DNA from: an uncultured euryarchaeote
GTDB lineage: Archaea; Thermoplasmatota; Poseidoniia; Poseidoniales; Poseidoniaceae
DNA length: 64,000 bases
Direction: 5' to 3'
NCBI GenBank assembly: GCA_937915175.1
Contig: CALDNA010000057.1
Coordinates: 3,328-67,327 of the forward strand
The translations under genes and the position numbers were made by a program. Positions 9,676 to 19,404 of this stretch are shown one piece after another; within the stretch, counting starts at the first letter, position 1, and each line of letters begins with the position of its first letter. Below the pieces are notes generated by a model. The model was given only the letters and a program-made list of their open reading frames with translations. It did not search any database and was not told the DNA's origin.

Positions 9676-10698
9676 TCACTTCAGAGCATTGGCTAAGAAC
9701 GGCAGACTGAGGTCAAGTCTGTGGTCAATACCCGAGTGGGTGCCTGAGAATTCTTCCCAACGATGCTCGATGCCGAGTTCCTTCATTCGATCGACCAAAG
9801 CGCGTGAACCATACTGGATGTTGTATTGGTCACGATCACCACAATCAATCCAGAACCCAGATAAGCGGGTTAATCCTTCGGATTTAGCTTCAATCATGTT
9901 CAGTGGATCAAACGTCAGCCATCGCTGCCACGCCTCAATATCGACGGTAGCAGTGCGTGGTTCAACCGGCAATTCAATTCCAATCGGATTGTCTGCCGTT
10001 GGGTTTCGTGGATCGTACGAGCCAGCCATAGCGCAAATCATCAGCGTGTGGAAGTCAGGCCCCGACATTTTGTGAGCCTTTCGAACGTGGTCGACGTATG
10101 CAGCGGCTGAACCGTAGGAAGCAACGTGGGTGAGGGTCTCTGCAAAGGTCGGTTTGAACATCGTTTCAAAACCAACATCTCCTGAATGACAAGCGATTGC
10201 ATCCCACGCCCCGGGGTTGATCATGGCGTTGACAAGAGCCCCATAACCACCGGATGATTTTCCAACCAATCCAAACCGCTGATTGGTAGCGTAGCGTTCG
10301 CTGATGGCGGGTTTCAATGCCTCTTCAAGCCAAGTGGCCCACTGGCCCATGATTGGCGAATCCACGAACTGGTTGCCTCCCAAACTGGTGAACGTGTCTG
10401 GCATCACGAAGATGGAAGGTGACATTTCTCCCGTTGCCACCAACCGTTCATGCCGCTGAGGAAGGGTTTCTGTAAACGCCTTCCACCCTGCTCTTGCTGG
10501 GCCGGAGGATGTGAATGGTGCGAGGTAAATGATGACGGGCAATTGCTCGCCTGCAGCCATTGCTGTCACGCCCTCTGGCGGAATGTGCACGAGGATTTCA
10601 CGTTCCGTCGGGTCACCAAGACGGTTGGCCAAAAGAGTTGAATCCACACACCATCGCTCAAGCAAACCACGGGTGGGGGCAAATGCATGGTCGGGCAT
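9676..10698 (-). CDS. Alpha/beta-hydrolase, putative esterase family (esterase D / enterochelin-esterase-like)
   Basis: Nucleophile elbow GLVGKSSGGYGAL (GxSxG) with downstream ACHSGD and HSGIDH motifs typical of this fold. ATG at 10698; an alternative GTG lies at 10722. Confidence 0.6.
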   Translation of the reverse strand: MPDHAFAPTRGLLERWCVDSTLLANRLGDPTEREILVHIPPEGVTAMAAGEQLPVIIYLAPFTSSGPARAGWKAFTETLPQRHERLVATGEMSPSIFVMPDTFTSLGGNQFVDSPIMGQWATWLEEALKPAISERYATNQRFGLVGKSSGGYGALVNAMINPGAWDAIACHSGDVGFETMFKPTFAETLTHVASYGSAAAYVDHVRKAHKMSGPDFHTLMICAMAGSYDPRNPTADNPIGIELPVEPRTATVDIEAWQRWLTFDPLNMIEAKSEGLTRLSGFWIDCGDRDQYNIQYGSRALVDRMKELGIEHRWEEFSGTHSGIDHRLDLSLPFLANALK

Positions 10699-10892
10699 GG
10701 TTCTTCCTTGAGGTGATTGCACATGGATGATGCGGTGATGGCGTTCGGTCAGTGGACACTCGGAGTTCCCCTAAACAGGCCACCTCGGCTTTGCCTTTTT
10801 CCAATGGAAACCAAGGGGTCTTGATTCGCCAAAGATACGCTCATAAACGGTTGGCTCTACAGAATGAAAGTTGAGCGAGTAAAGAACCTCCG

Positions 10893-13025
10893 ATGGTGCC
10901 CAAGATGTTGCAAGAATTTGACCTCCCCGCTCGCTGGACTTCGTTGATTCAGGACCACTTCGCCGAGGCCGTGCACAACCTTGCTCAAATGTGGCCAGAC
11001 GAACAATCGCTTGAAATCTCTTACCGAGTCATCGAAGGATTCGATCACGAGTTCGCACATGACATCGTCGAGCATCCGGAGTTGCATTTCCACGCCTCCA
11101 ACCAAGCCCTGCGCCAATTCCTGCTCGATGCAGGCCACAGCAACATGTACCCGTTTGTCCGAATTGTTCACCTTCCTAGCGACCAAATTCGGACCGTCTC
11201 TCAGTTGCGTGCTGACGACATCAGCAGCATGCTTGCCATCGATGCAGTCGCAACCAAAATCACTGGTGTCCGCCCTCGGATTTATGCAGCAACCTTCGAA
11301 TGCATCGGGTGCGGCCACACCATGGTCATCAACCAACCAAACGAACAGGAATTAATCGAACCGATTGAATGCCAGCAGATCGATGGTGGTTGTGGGCGGG
11401 CAAAACGCCAAACTCGCTTCGAATTAAGACAAAAAGATTCCATTCTCATCAATTCACAATTTGTTGAACTTCAAGAATTACCAGAACAAATGAAGGGTGG
11501 AATTCAGCCCGAACGAATTCTATGCATCGCAGAACACGATTTGGCTGGTAAACTCAACCCCGGAGATCGAGTCAAAGCCAACGGTGTGTTGTTTATTCGT
11601 TCACAACGAAAAAGCGGCAAAGACACCCCTGTGTTCGATATTTTCTTGAGGATTCATTCCCTTGAGCGGCAAAACATTCCGTTGGAAGAAATTGTCATCA
11701 CAGAAGATGAGGAGCTGGAAATCAAAGAACTGTCTCGCCGGCCTGACATTTACGATGTCTTTACCAACAGCATCGCTCCCTCGATCTTCGGGATGACGGA
11801 AGTCAAGCGTTCGCTCATGCTCCAGTTGTTTGGCGGCGTTGCTCGTTTGAACACCGATGGAACTCGAAACCGTGGCGACCTTCACATTCTGCTCATGGGC
11901 GACCCTGGGGTGGCTAAATCTCAGTTGCTCAACTACATGGCAGATATTTCTCCACGTGGCCGGTTCACTTCAGGACAATCAGCCTCGGCTGCAGGTTTGA
12001 CAGCAGCAGCCGTCCAAGACCCAGCGGCAGATGGCCGATGGACCTTGGAAGCAGGCGCGCTTGTGCTTGCGGATTTAGGACTCGCAGCAATTGACGAATT
12101 CGACAAAATGAACGAAGGCGACCGCTCGAGCATGCACGAAGCAATGGAACAGCAGAAGATTTCGATTTCCAAGGCTGGCATCAACGCAAGCCTGCGAACA
12201 CGGTGCGCCGTTTTGGCTGCAGCGAACCCCAAGAGCGGTCGGTTTGAACCGGTGTCGGAAACGCCATTCACCGCTCAAATTAATCTCGCACCCCCTCTTG
12301 TATCCCGTTTCGATATCATCTGGTTGCTTACCGACGACCCAGATACGGATAAGGACGCCAAGATTGCGAAGCACATCATCGACAACCGTCTGCTGGGTGT
12401 GAGTGAGTTGCTGGTCAATGAAGGATCAGCGCCAGACCCGACAAAAACATCGGCTGAGGCTGGCATTAAGAACACAAAAGAGCATGGGGAAGTCCTTTCA
12501 CGTGATTTGATTCGCAAGTACATCGCTTATGCAAAGCGCAGCATACACCCGTCTTTGGAACAGGAGGCTCGCGATATGATTGTTGACTTTTACGTCGAGA
12601 CGAGAAAACAAATTGGGGACTTTACCGACACCGTCGCCATCACAGCTCGTTCTCTTGAAGCACTGGCTCGCCTGGCTGAAGCAAGCGCTCGCATTCGCTT
12701 GTCACAAGTGGCCACAACCGACGATGCACATCGAGCCATCAGAATCACCAAGCTTTGGCGAATGGATTTGATGGGTGGCAACTACGATGAAACTGCGCTT
12801 CATACGGGTCAGAAAGGATCGGCTCGAAATCGGAAGAGAATAATGCTCGATATCGTAACAACCCTTGCTGTTGACAACGGCGGCGTAGCACAGCATAACG
12901 ATGTGCTCAACGAGGCAGAACGCCACAAAATTGATCGCGGTGCAGCGGAAGATATCCTCGACAAATTCCATCAAGACGGTAAGTTGTTCAGGCCGAGTGG
13001 CTATGACACGCATGGAATCCCTTGA
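10893..13025 (+). CDS. mcm: Minichromosome maintenance (MCM) replicative helicase
   Basis: Zn motif CIGCGH...C...GGCGR, Walker A ILLMGDPGVAKSQLL, Walker B AIDEFDKM, sensor/Arg-finger SRFDIIWLL and a C-terminal winged-helix-like tail. At 710 aa there is no intein. Confidence 0.95.
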   Translation: MVPKMLQEFDLPARWTSLIQDHFAEAVHNLAQMWPDEQSLEISYRVIEGFDHEFAHDIVEHPELHFHASNQALRQFLLDAGHSNMYPFVRIVHLPSDQIRTVSQLRADDISSMLAIDAVATKITGVRPRIYAATFECIGCGHTMVINQPNEQELIEPIECQQIDGGCGRAKRQTRFELRQKDSILINSQFVELQELPEQMKGGIQPERILCIAEHDLAGKLNPGDRVKANGVLFIRSQRKSGKDTPVFDIFLRIHSLERQNIPLEEIVITEDEELEIKELSRRPDIYDVFTNSIAPSIFGMTEVKRSLMLQLFGGVARLNTDGTRNRGDLHILLMGDPGVAKSQLLNYMADISPRGRFTSGQSASAAGLTAAAVQDPAADGRWTLEAGALVLADLGLAAIDEFDKMNEGDRSSMHEAMEQQKISISKAGINASLRTRCAVLAAANPKSGRFEPVSETPFTAQINLAPPLVSRFDIIWLLTDDPDTDKDAKIAKHIIDNRLLGVSELLVNEGSAPDPTKTSAEAGIKNTKEHGEVLSRDLIRKYIAYAKRSIHPSLEQEARDMIVDFYVETRKQIGDFTDTVAITARSLEALARLAEASARIRLSQVATTDDAHRAIRITKLWRMDLMGGNYDETALHTGQKGSARNRKRIMLDIVTTLAVDNGGVAQHNDVLNEAERHKIDRGAAEDILDKFHQDGKLFRPSGYDTHGIP

Positions 13026-13070
13026 TGTTCATGGGTTTCAATCTTGAAGGATGAACTCGTGGGTTGCACC

Positions 13071-15101
13071 ATGGCCGAGCCTCGCACCACCGAGCCTGTA
13101 GGCCAAGTCGATGACGCAGCCTCCCTTTCACCAGACGAACTTGGTTTCATGTGCGGGATTGAAGTTCACCAGCAATTGGCAACAGGAAAGTTGCATTCGC
13201 GTCAACCCGGCGTTCTCTATGACATCACCATCGACACGGTACCTGAGGATTGGAAACGGTTTGAGCGAAAACTGCGAGCCGCCCGCGGAGAAGGTGGAGC
13301 CATCGACGTTGCTGCTCGCTTTGAATCACGGCGCAACCGCTCGTTTGTCTACGTGCAAAGCCCCAATGCCGGCTTGATTGAACTCGACGACCAGCCTCCA
13401 TTGGATCACGATGAAGACGCAATTCAAATCGCACTCACCGTTTCTGCGTTGCTCGATGCAAAACCCGTATCCCTCCTTCAAACCATGAGGAAAACAGTCG
13501 TCGACGGGTCCAACACAAGCGGCTTTCAGCGAACCTCACTTGTTGCCACCGATGGAACCCTTCACACTGAAGATGGCCCGGTTGGTATTGATGTGCTGTG
13601 CCTCGAAGAAGACAGCGCTCGGAAGTTAGACACCTTGACGACATCCAATGGCGAGCAAGTCATCTACAACCTCGATCGACTGGGGCTTCCATTGATTGAA
13701 ATCGCAACGGCACCCGATGTTCTTACGCCTGAGCACGCCCAAATCACTTCGATGGCCCTCGGCCGTGTGTTGCGCCAAACACGCAAGGTTCGGCGCGGGC
13801 TTGGAAGCATCCGCCAAGATTTGAACGTCTCTCTTGCCTGCGGGGACCGCGTCGAAATCAAAGGGTGCCAAGACCTCAATTGGATCCCGCGCATCATCCG
13901 CCTTGAAATGGCTCGCCAACTTCATTTCTATCGTTTAGCGAATGAATTGAGGAGCATGCTTGAGTTACCACTTCTCCCTCCCGACCGAAGAAGCGACGAT
14001 GAGCAAATGGAATCCGAAGTTGCTGTGGCGGTTGAAACATACCTGCCGCTCCATCTGGTTGACGTGTCGACTTCCTTTGCTTCTTGCGAATCTAAGATGG
14101 TCGTTGGTGGCCTCGCCAAAGGGCACGCTATGCTCGGTTTGCCACTGCCAGGACTGAGCGGCAAAATTGGAACTAAAACCCTCGATAAAGAAGGCTCACA
14201 GATGCCTAGGCTTGGTCGAGAATTGGCCGGCGCTGCAAAACTTGCGGGCGTCAAGGGCGTGTTTCATTCCGATGAATTGCCCGCCTACGGGATTGAACAA
14301 ACCCACATTGACGAAGTTCGCCAAAGCCTTTCGCTCACCGATCAAGACGGATTCATCTTGTGCCTCGCTCCAATGTGGCAAGCGGAATTGGCGCTTGAAA
14401 GTGTGCTCCAGAGGGCGAGGAAATCATGGCACCGAACGGCACAAGAAGTTCGCAACGTCGTGGTCAAGAAAGGCGCTCCTGAAGACGGCACAACCGCTCC
14501 AATGCGCCCTCTGCCAGGTGGTGCCCGTATGTATCCGGAAACCGATATCCCTTCCATCATCATCAACGAGGAACGCTGGACGACAACATTGGCCAACCTA
14601 CCGATGAGCGATGAAGACCGCTCGAACCGCATAAGCGAATACGACATTTCAGCAGACCAAGCAAAGCAACTGGTTGCTCGCGAACTCGATGACGTGTACG
14701 TCGACCATGTAGCCCAACTTCCCCACAAAGGGTGGGCGAGCGTTGTCTTAGAGAACGATGAAGCAGACCCCGAACTTTGTGCAAAAGTGTTGATGGTAAA
14801 GGAAGAGGGCGACATCACCCGTGAATCGATGAACGAAATCATTGCTGCTTTTGTTGGACAAAAACCCTCCAAGGAAGAAATTGCATCCTATGGGGAAGCA
14901 AACGGCCACAAACCAGCGGACGTCGGCGATCTCGCAGCTACCATTCAGTCGATTGTCCAAGAACGAGCAGACTTCGTCAAGGAACGCGGCATGGGTGCAA
15001 TGGGCCCGCTGATGGGTGTTGTGATGCAAACCGTTGGGGCTGCGGATGGAAAAGTGGTCAGCGCCTTGTTGCGTGAAGCCATTCAAAACACCATGGGGTG
15101 A
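13071..15101 (+). CDS. gatE: Glutamyl-tRNA(Gln) amidotransferase subunit E
   Basis: GIEVHQQLATGKL, the GatB/E core (NLDRLGLPLIEIATAPD, RQDLNVS...RVEIKG) and a C-terminal GatB/YqeY-like MGPLMGVVM. ATG at 13071 (the ORF begins at a TTG at 13044). No gatD is adjacent. Confidence 0.88.
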   Translation: MAEPRTTEPVGQVDDAASLSPDELGFMCGIEVHQQLATGKLHSRQPGVLYDITIDTVPEDWKRFERKLRAARGEGGAIDVAARFESRRNRSFVYVQSPNAGLIELDDQPPLDHDEDAIQIALTVSALLDAKPVSLLQTMRKTVVDGSNTSGFQRTSLVATDGTLHTEDGPVGIDVLCLEEDSARKLDTLTTSNGEQVIYNLDRLGLPLIEIATAPDVLTPEHAQITSMALGRVLRQTRKVRRGLGSIRQDLNVSLACGDRVEIKGCQDLNWIPRIIRLEMARQLHFYRLANELRSMLELPLLPPDRRSDDEQMESEVAVAVETYLPLHLVDVSTSFASCESKMVVGGLAKGHAMLGLPLPGLSGKIGTKTLDKEGSQMPRLGRELAGAAKLAGVKGVFHSDELPAYGIEQTHIDEVRQSLSLTDQDGFILCLAPMWQAELALESVLQRARKSWHRTAQEVRNVVVKKGAPEDGTTAPMRPLPGGARMYPETDIPSIIINEERWTTTLANLPMSDEDRSNRISEYDISADQAKQLVARELDDVYVDHVAQLPHKGWASVVLENDEADPELCAKVLMVKEEGDITRESMNEIIAAFVGQKPSKEEIASYGEANGHKPADVGDLAATIQSIVQERADFVKERGMGAMGPLMGVVMQTVGAADGKVVSALLREAIQNTMG

Positions 15102-15106
15102 GCCGC

Positions 15107-16816
15107 ATGGACCGCCGTCCGTTGCTTGCATTTGCCTTGTTAGTGCTGTTGTTCCCAACCTTTGGGGCGGCCGCCGAACAACCTTCCTTCGACGAGGAGT
15201 TTTCACTCGAATGGAGCCATGACTTTGGCGACGTGTACATCACGACCGCTCCCTTGTTTGTCGAGAACCAACTCTATGTTCGCACTTCAGCTTCATGGGG
15301 CGGGACCGACGTTCCATCGGTGACGGCGTTTGACCTCGATGGCCAACTGGTTTGGTCGCACGCCAACCCAAATTCCTCCCATCACGACATGGCACCCTTG
15401 CTTCACATCGAACAAGGGGCAGGTGCCTGTGGAACATGGCCCAGCATGCTCGTTGTCGCCTGGTCGGATGGCCGCGTTGAGGCGAGATCACCTGAAAACG
15501 GGGAACTGTTTTGGTCGCACCAATCAAAAGCCATCACGTGGGGAATCACCGGGTCAATGGCGCTTGATGGCGACTTGGTTGTGGTCCCAACAAGAACGGG
15601 AGTCGTTGCCTTATGTGCTTCAGATGGCGAAGTAACGATGGAAGCAACCACTGGATTAGGGTGGCGAAACGGCGTTACGGTCACATCAGATGGCTATTAC
15701 CTTGGAGATGAAACTGGAACGCTGTGGGCCGTTGAACGCAACGGAACGGTCCGTTCCGAATTCCTTGAAACGGGTAAAATCCGACACGCTCCTTTGATCA
15801 CGACCGCAGGTTTGTTTGTTCAGGTGCAAAAGTCCGCCTCGAGCACAGCGCACCTCATTCAAACTTCCACACTCACCTCAACCAGCAGCCTCGATTTGGG
15901 CGCTTCACCAGCGATGCCAATCCATGCAGGCGATTACGTGCTCTCGGCAGACTCTGGTGCGGTGCACCTCATCGAATGCCGGGCGACATGCATCGAAATC
16001 AACAGTTCTTCATTCCTTTCCAATGGAGAGATTGGACGGGTGCACCACGGGCAATTCATGCTACCATACAACGGGCCGGATCTTGGCTGGGGAATCGTCA
16101 ATGTTTCGTCGGAGGGAAAATTGCAACTTGAAACCGTGACGACGGGCGCCGATGGTTATGCCACCTCAGGGCCAGCATTTGTGAGCATCGGAGATGCAAT
16201 CCATTTGGCCTTCGGAAGCGATGAAGGTATCGTTTATTTCTACACTCTAATGCAAGATGATTCTTCTCAACCTGAACAAATAACCGACACGAACTTCGAT
16301 TGGGCAGCCCAAGGCATGGTGTTCTTGCTCTACCTTTCAATTGGCGGTGCCGCCATTCAAATGTTGAGGAACAAGGGTGCTTCGGTGCTGAAGTTTGCTA
16401 GTTTGTATGTGCTCCTCATCGCCCTTTTGGTGTTGGATCAAGTGGCGGTCCAATGGTCCCAATTCATCGAAGAAGTCGACCCTTCTCCAGAACAGGAGGT
16501 TTGGGATTCATCCTGGGAGGAGTCATGGCGCGACACTCAAATTGTTTCAATTGTCATCGATGGAGAAATGCATGCCGTCGGCGGGCTTGAAGGATACAGC
16601 AATGCGCTCGAACTCACCATCGCGGCGTGTGAAGAACTTGGCTTGGAACTTCAAACCGAACGAACAGAAATGGGCACCTATGTGGTGGCCTTCAATGGCG
16701 TCACAGGTGAAGGATGGGAATACACCATCGATGGCCGCTTGGCACCTGTGGCGGCAGATTATTCCAACATTGATTCCACCTCAAGAGTCCAATGGTATAC
16801 GGTTGATACGAGGTAA
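15107..16816 (+). CDS. Secreted PQQ-like beta-propeller protein fused through two TM helices to a DUF4430 (transcobalamin-like) C-terminal domain
   Basis: Signal peptide MDRRPLLAFALLVLLFPTFGAAAE. BamB/PQQ-like repeats (LVWSH, ELFWSHQS...GDLVVVPTRTGVVALCASDGEV). TMs MVFLLYLSIGGAAIQML and LYVLLIALLVLDQVAV. The C-terminus IVIDGE...ALELT...GTYVVAFNGV..GEGWEYTIDG...VQWY fits the DUF4430 pattern. A GTG at 15098 overlaps the gatE stop (GTGA); the ATG at 15107 is preceded by GGGGTGA. Confidence 0.6.
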   Translation: MDRRPLLAFALLVLLFPTFGAAAEQPSFDEEFSLEWSHDFGDVYITTAPLFVENQLYVRTSASWGGTDVPSVTAFDLDGQLVWSHANPNSSHHDMAPLLHIEQGAGACGTWPSMLVVAWSDGRVEARSPENGELFWSHQSKAITWGITGSMALDGDLVVVPTRTGVVALCASDGEVTMEATTGLGWRNGVTVTSDGYYLGDETGTLWAVERNGTVRSEFLETGKIRHAPLITTAGLFVQVQKSASSTAHLIQTSTLTSTSSLDLGASPAMPIHAGDYVLSADSGAVHLIECRATCIEINSSSFLSNGEIGRVHHGQFMLPYNGPDLGWGIVNVSSEGKLQLETVTTGADGYATSGPAFVSIGDAIHLAFGSDEGIVYFYTLMQDDSSQPEQITDTNFDWAAQGMVFLLYLSIGGAAIQMLRNKGASVLKFASLYVLLIALLVLDQVAVQWSQFIEEVDPSPEQEVWDSSWEESWRDTQIVSIVIDGEMHAVGGLEGYSNALELTIAACEELGLELQTERTEMGTYVVAFNGVTGEGWEYTIDGRLAPVAADYSNIDSTSRVQWYTVDTR

Positions 16817-16848
16817 GCCTCAAATCTTGGGGCTTGGTGGCTCGGAAC

Positions 16849-17508
16849 ATGTTCCAAGCTCTTGGCACCCACGGCCCTGAACTTTCACCAACCATGGGGT
16901 TGGTGTTGGATGTGGTGTTGCTCGGCTTTGCGTTCCTGCTTCTTGCGGGTCCAAACCGCCGTTCAGTCCACGACGTTGTCTTGATGGCGACCCTTGTCGT
17001 GAGCGTCTCCTTGCTTCGTGTGGTTATGCAACCTCTGCCTAACGTTCAACCTGTTACATTGGCATGCCTCCTGATTGGAGCGCAACTAGGTGCTCGCCGC
17101 GGAGCGGCTTTCGCAGTGATGGTTGCTATGCTCTCCAACTTCTTCATGGGCGACGGCTGGTGGACCATCTTCCAAGCAGCAGGCTGGGCTACTGTCGCCG
17201 TGTTCGGTTCACGATTTTCACTCGTTGTGGACGGCGTTTACAATTCAGGACGCACCTGCCTTGCTGCAATCTTGTCAGCGTTTATTTTCGATTTCATTGT
17301 CTCTCTGTCGATCCTTGACGGAACCTTCGGTGCCGTTGAATTCATGGTTTATTTGGCCAATGGGATTCCATTCGACGCCTTGCATGCGTTGGGTAACCTG
17401 ACCTTTGCCATCTGGTTCGGGGTTTGGTTCTCGGGTCTCATTGCCCCACGCCCGTCCCTTGAGACACTGGAATACACGGTGGTGGACGGCCATGGCATCC
17501 ACGGCTGA
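16849..17508 (+). CDS. Polytopic membrane protein, ECF-transporter S-component-like
   Basis: About 6 hydrophobic helices. QPLPNVQPVTLACLLIGAQLGARRGAAFAVMVAMLSNFF and the GW-rich helices resemble S-component/DUF6580-type proteins. It lies directly downstream of the DUF4430-like gene. Start is ambiguous (ATG at 16849 or 16894). Confidence 0.4.
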   Translation: MFQALGTHGPELSPTMGLVLDVVLLGFAFLLLAGPNRRSVHDVVLMATLVVSVSLLRVVMQPLPNVQPVTLACLLIGAQLGARRGAAFAVMVAMLSNFFMGDGWWTIFQAAGWATVAVFGSRFSLVVDGVYNSGRTCLAAILSAFIFDFIVSLSILDGTFGAVEFMVYLANGIPFDALHALGNLTFAIWFGVWFSGLIAPRPSLETLEYTVVDGHGIHG

Positions 17509-17860
17509 TGAACCAACAATGGCGCTCATCGTCCGCCATGATCTCCGGCTTTCAACGGGGAAAATAGCGGTCCAGTGCGCTCATGCCGCTGTTTCGTGCA
17601 CCCTCGGAGCGCGTAAATCTCACACGCGTTTGGTTGAACGTTGGCGCCAATCAGGCGCTCGTAAAATTTGCTTGAAGGTCGAAGATTTGCAAGCGCTTCA
17701 GCGCTTAGCGGGCCAGGCCCAGTCCGCAGGCCTCGTCACACACCTCGTCAAGGATGCCGGCCATACAGAAGTGGAGCCGGGAACGATTACCGTTCTTGGT
17801 ATTGGGCCCGGACCAAGACGTTCAATCGATGCACTCGTCGGAGAATTGAAACCATACTGA
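17492..17860 (+). CDS. pth2: Peptidyl-tRNA hydrolase, archaeal/eukaryotic Pth2 type (copy 1)
   Basis: ALIVRHDLRLSTGKIAVQCAHAAV...KICLKV...VKDAGHTEVEPGTITVLGIGPGP...VGELKPY is colinear with Pth2/PTRH2. The start (ATG at 17492 or 17519) overlaps the end of the preceding gene. Confidence 0.85.
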   Translation: MASTADEPTMALIVRHDLRLSTGKIAVQCAHAAVSCTLGARKSHTRLVERWRQSGARKICLKVEDLQALQRLAGQAQSAGLVTHLVKDAGHTEVEPGTITVLGIGPGPRRSIDALVGELKPY

Positions 17861-17874
17861 CCTTACGAGTCAGC

Positions 17875-18291
17875 ATGGGTCTTCGCTCCTTCATTCACAA
17901 GATGACGGCACCACGCCTTCGTGGTGTGCTTCCGAGAGGGGATTTGAAAATGGTCTTCGTCGTGAACCATTCACTGAAAATGGGCAAAGGGAAAATCGCC
18001 GCTCAAGTTGGCCATGGAGCAGTCCAGTCGGTGATGAAAGCGGGCGCAAAGAAACCTGAATATCTTGAAGCATGGCTTGCGTCAGGCCAAAAGAAAATAT
18101 GCGTCAAGGGCGACGATGCCGACCATCTGTCGCGCATTGAATCTCAAGCTAAGCAGAATCACATCCTCACTTCGTGTGTGCACGATGCCGGCCACACTCA
18201 AATTCCAAGTGGGTCGTTCACCATCCTTGCGCTTGGACCAGCTGAAAGCGATGCACTCGAGCCAATCACCGGGACTCTCAAGCTGCTTTAA
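17875..18291 (+). CDS. pth2: Peptidyl-tRNA hydrolase Pth2 type (copy 2, with a basic N-terminal extension)
   Basis: [26 protein letters not shown]...KKICVKG...[22 protein letters not shown]...TGTLKLL is a complete second Pth2 domain. The N-terminal extension is [24 protein letters not shown]. Only the part of the listed ORF 3' of 17875 is credible. Confidence 0.8.
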   Translation: MGLRSFIHKMTAPRLRGVLPRGDLKMVFVVNHSLKMGKGKIAAQVGHGAVQSVMKAGAKKPEYLEAWLASGQKKICVKGDDADHLSRIESQAKQNHILTSCVHDAGHTQIPSGSFTILALGPAESDALEPITGTLKLL

Positions 18292-18332
18292 TCCGCCACC
18301 GCTTTGATGAGGGAGTGCTTCATGGCTCACCC

Positions 18333-19376
18333 ATGCGCCACTACTCAACTGACCGCATCGATCTTCGATCTGATACCGTGACTCAACCAACCCCTGAGAT
18401 GCGAGAGGCCATGCATACCGCAGCCGTTGGCGACGATGTGCTTGGCGATGATCCGACCGTCAACCAGTTGGAAAATCGTATAGCACAGATGTGTGGAAAA
18501 GAAGCGGCTCTTTTTGTTCCATCAGGCACAATGGCGAACGCGATAGCGCTCCGATGCCACACCTCACCGGGCGACGAGATCATTACGGCAAACAACAGTC
18601 ACATCTACATTTACGAGGGCGGCGGTTATGCTGCACTGTGTGGCGCATCGATTGCTCTGGTTGACGTGCATGGCGGTTTAATGCGTCCTGAAGATGTTCA
18701 AAACGCCATTCGCAAGCAGGCGGGTTCGCTGTCCCATTACCCAGATGGAACGCTTGTTTGTGTTGAAAACACATCAAACCGGGGCGGCGGGGCGTGCTAT
18801 CCACAACATACACTCGATGAGATTGCAGCGGTTGCAAAAGCGAATGATTGCGCCGTCCACATGGATGGAGCGCGAGTGTTCAACGCTGCAGTTGCAACCA
18901 GTACCCCTCTCGATCGCATGGTTCGAGATTATGATTCAATCTCAATTTGCTTGTCCAAGGGCCTCGGTGCGCCGATTGGCTCCTTGTTGGTTGGCTCAAC
19001 TTCCTTCATTGCGCAAGCTCACCGCTGGCGGAAAATGTTTGGTGGTGGAATGAGGCAAGCCGGCATGCTCGCTGCGGCAGGATTGCACGCACTGGATCAC
19101 CATGTTGAACGGATGGCTGAAGACCACGCTCGGGCCATGCGTCTTGCAACATCCATCAATGGTCTTGATGGCTATGCGGTCGATTTAGAGACCGTTGAAA
19201 CCAACATGGTTTATTTTGAATCAAACCTCAAAGCAACAGAGGTCATGAAGGCCCTTTCTGATTCTGGCATTGACGTGCTCGATATTGGCCCAAACACCTG
19301 CAGAATCGTTCTCCATCTTCATGTCACCGATGAGGACGTGAATCAAGTGATTCAAACCTTTGAATCCTTTTCGTAG
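18333..19376 (+). CDS. ltaE: Low-specificity L-threonine aldolase (PLP-dependent)
   Basis: [36 protein letters not shown]...[19 protein letters not shown] and the PLP lysine context [12 protein letters not shown]. The match extends across the full length. Confidence 0.9.
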   Translation: MRHYSTDRIDLRSDTVTQPTPEMREAMHTAAVGDDVLGDDPTVNQLENRIAQMCGKEAALFVPSGTMANAIALRCHTSPGDEIITANNSHIYIYEGGGYAALCGASIALVDVHGGLMRPEDVQNAIRKQAGSLSHYPDGTLVCVENTSNRGGGACYPQHTLDEIAAVAKANDCAVHMDGARVFNAAVATSTPLDRMVRDYDSISICLSKGLGAPIGSLLVGSTSFIAQAHRWRKMFGGGMRQAGMLAAAGLHALDHHVERMAEDHARAMRLATSINGLDGYAVDLETVETNMVYFESNLKATEVMKALSDSGIDVLDIGPNTCRIVLHLHVTDEDVNQVIQTFESFS

Positions 19377-19404
19377 TTCAAATATTGTTGACCAGTAAAC
19401 AGGC

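Noticed and set aside
14342-14872. 176-aa antisense ORF inside gatE
   Set aside because: The sense frame is conserved GatE. The antisense sequence is Ser-rich, low-complexity and without motifs.
17668-17874. 5' part of the listed 207-aa ORF that overlaps pth2 copy 1 in another frame
   Set aside because: The Arg/Pro/Gly-rich translation is typical of an off-frame reading of the first Pth2 gene. The credible Pth2 domain begins only after the ATG at 17875.
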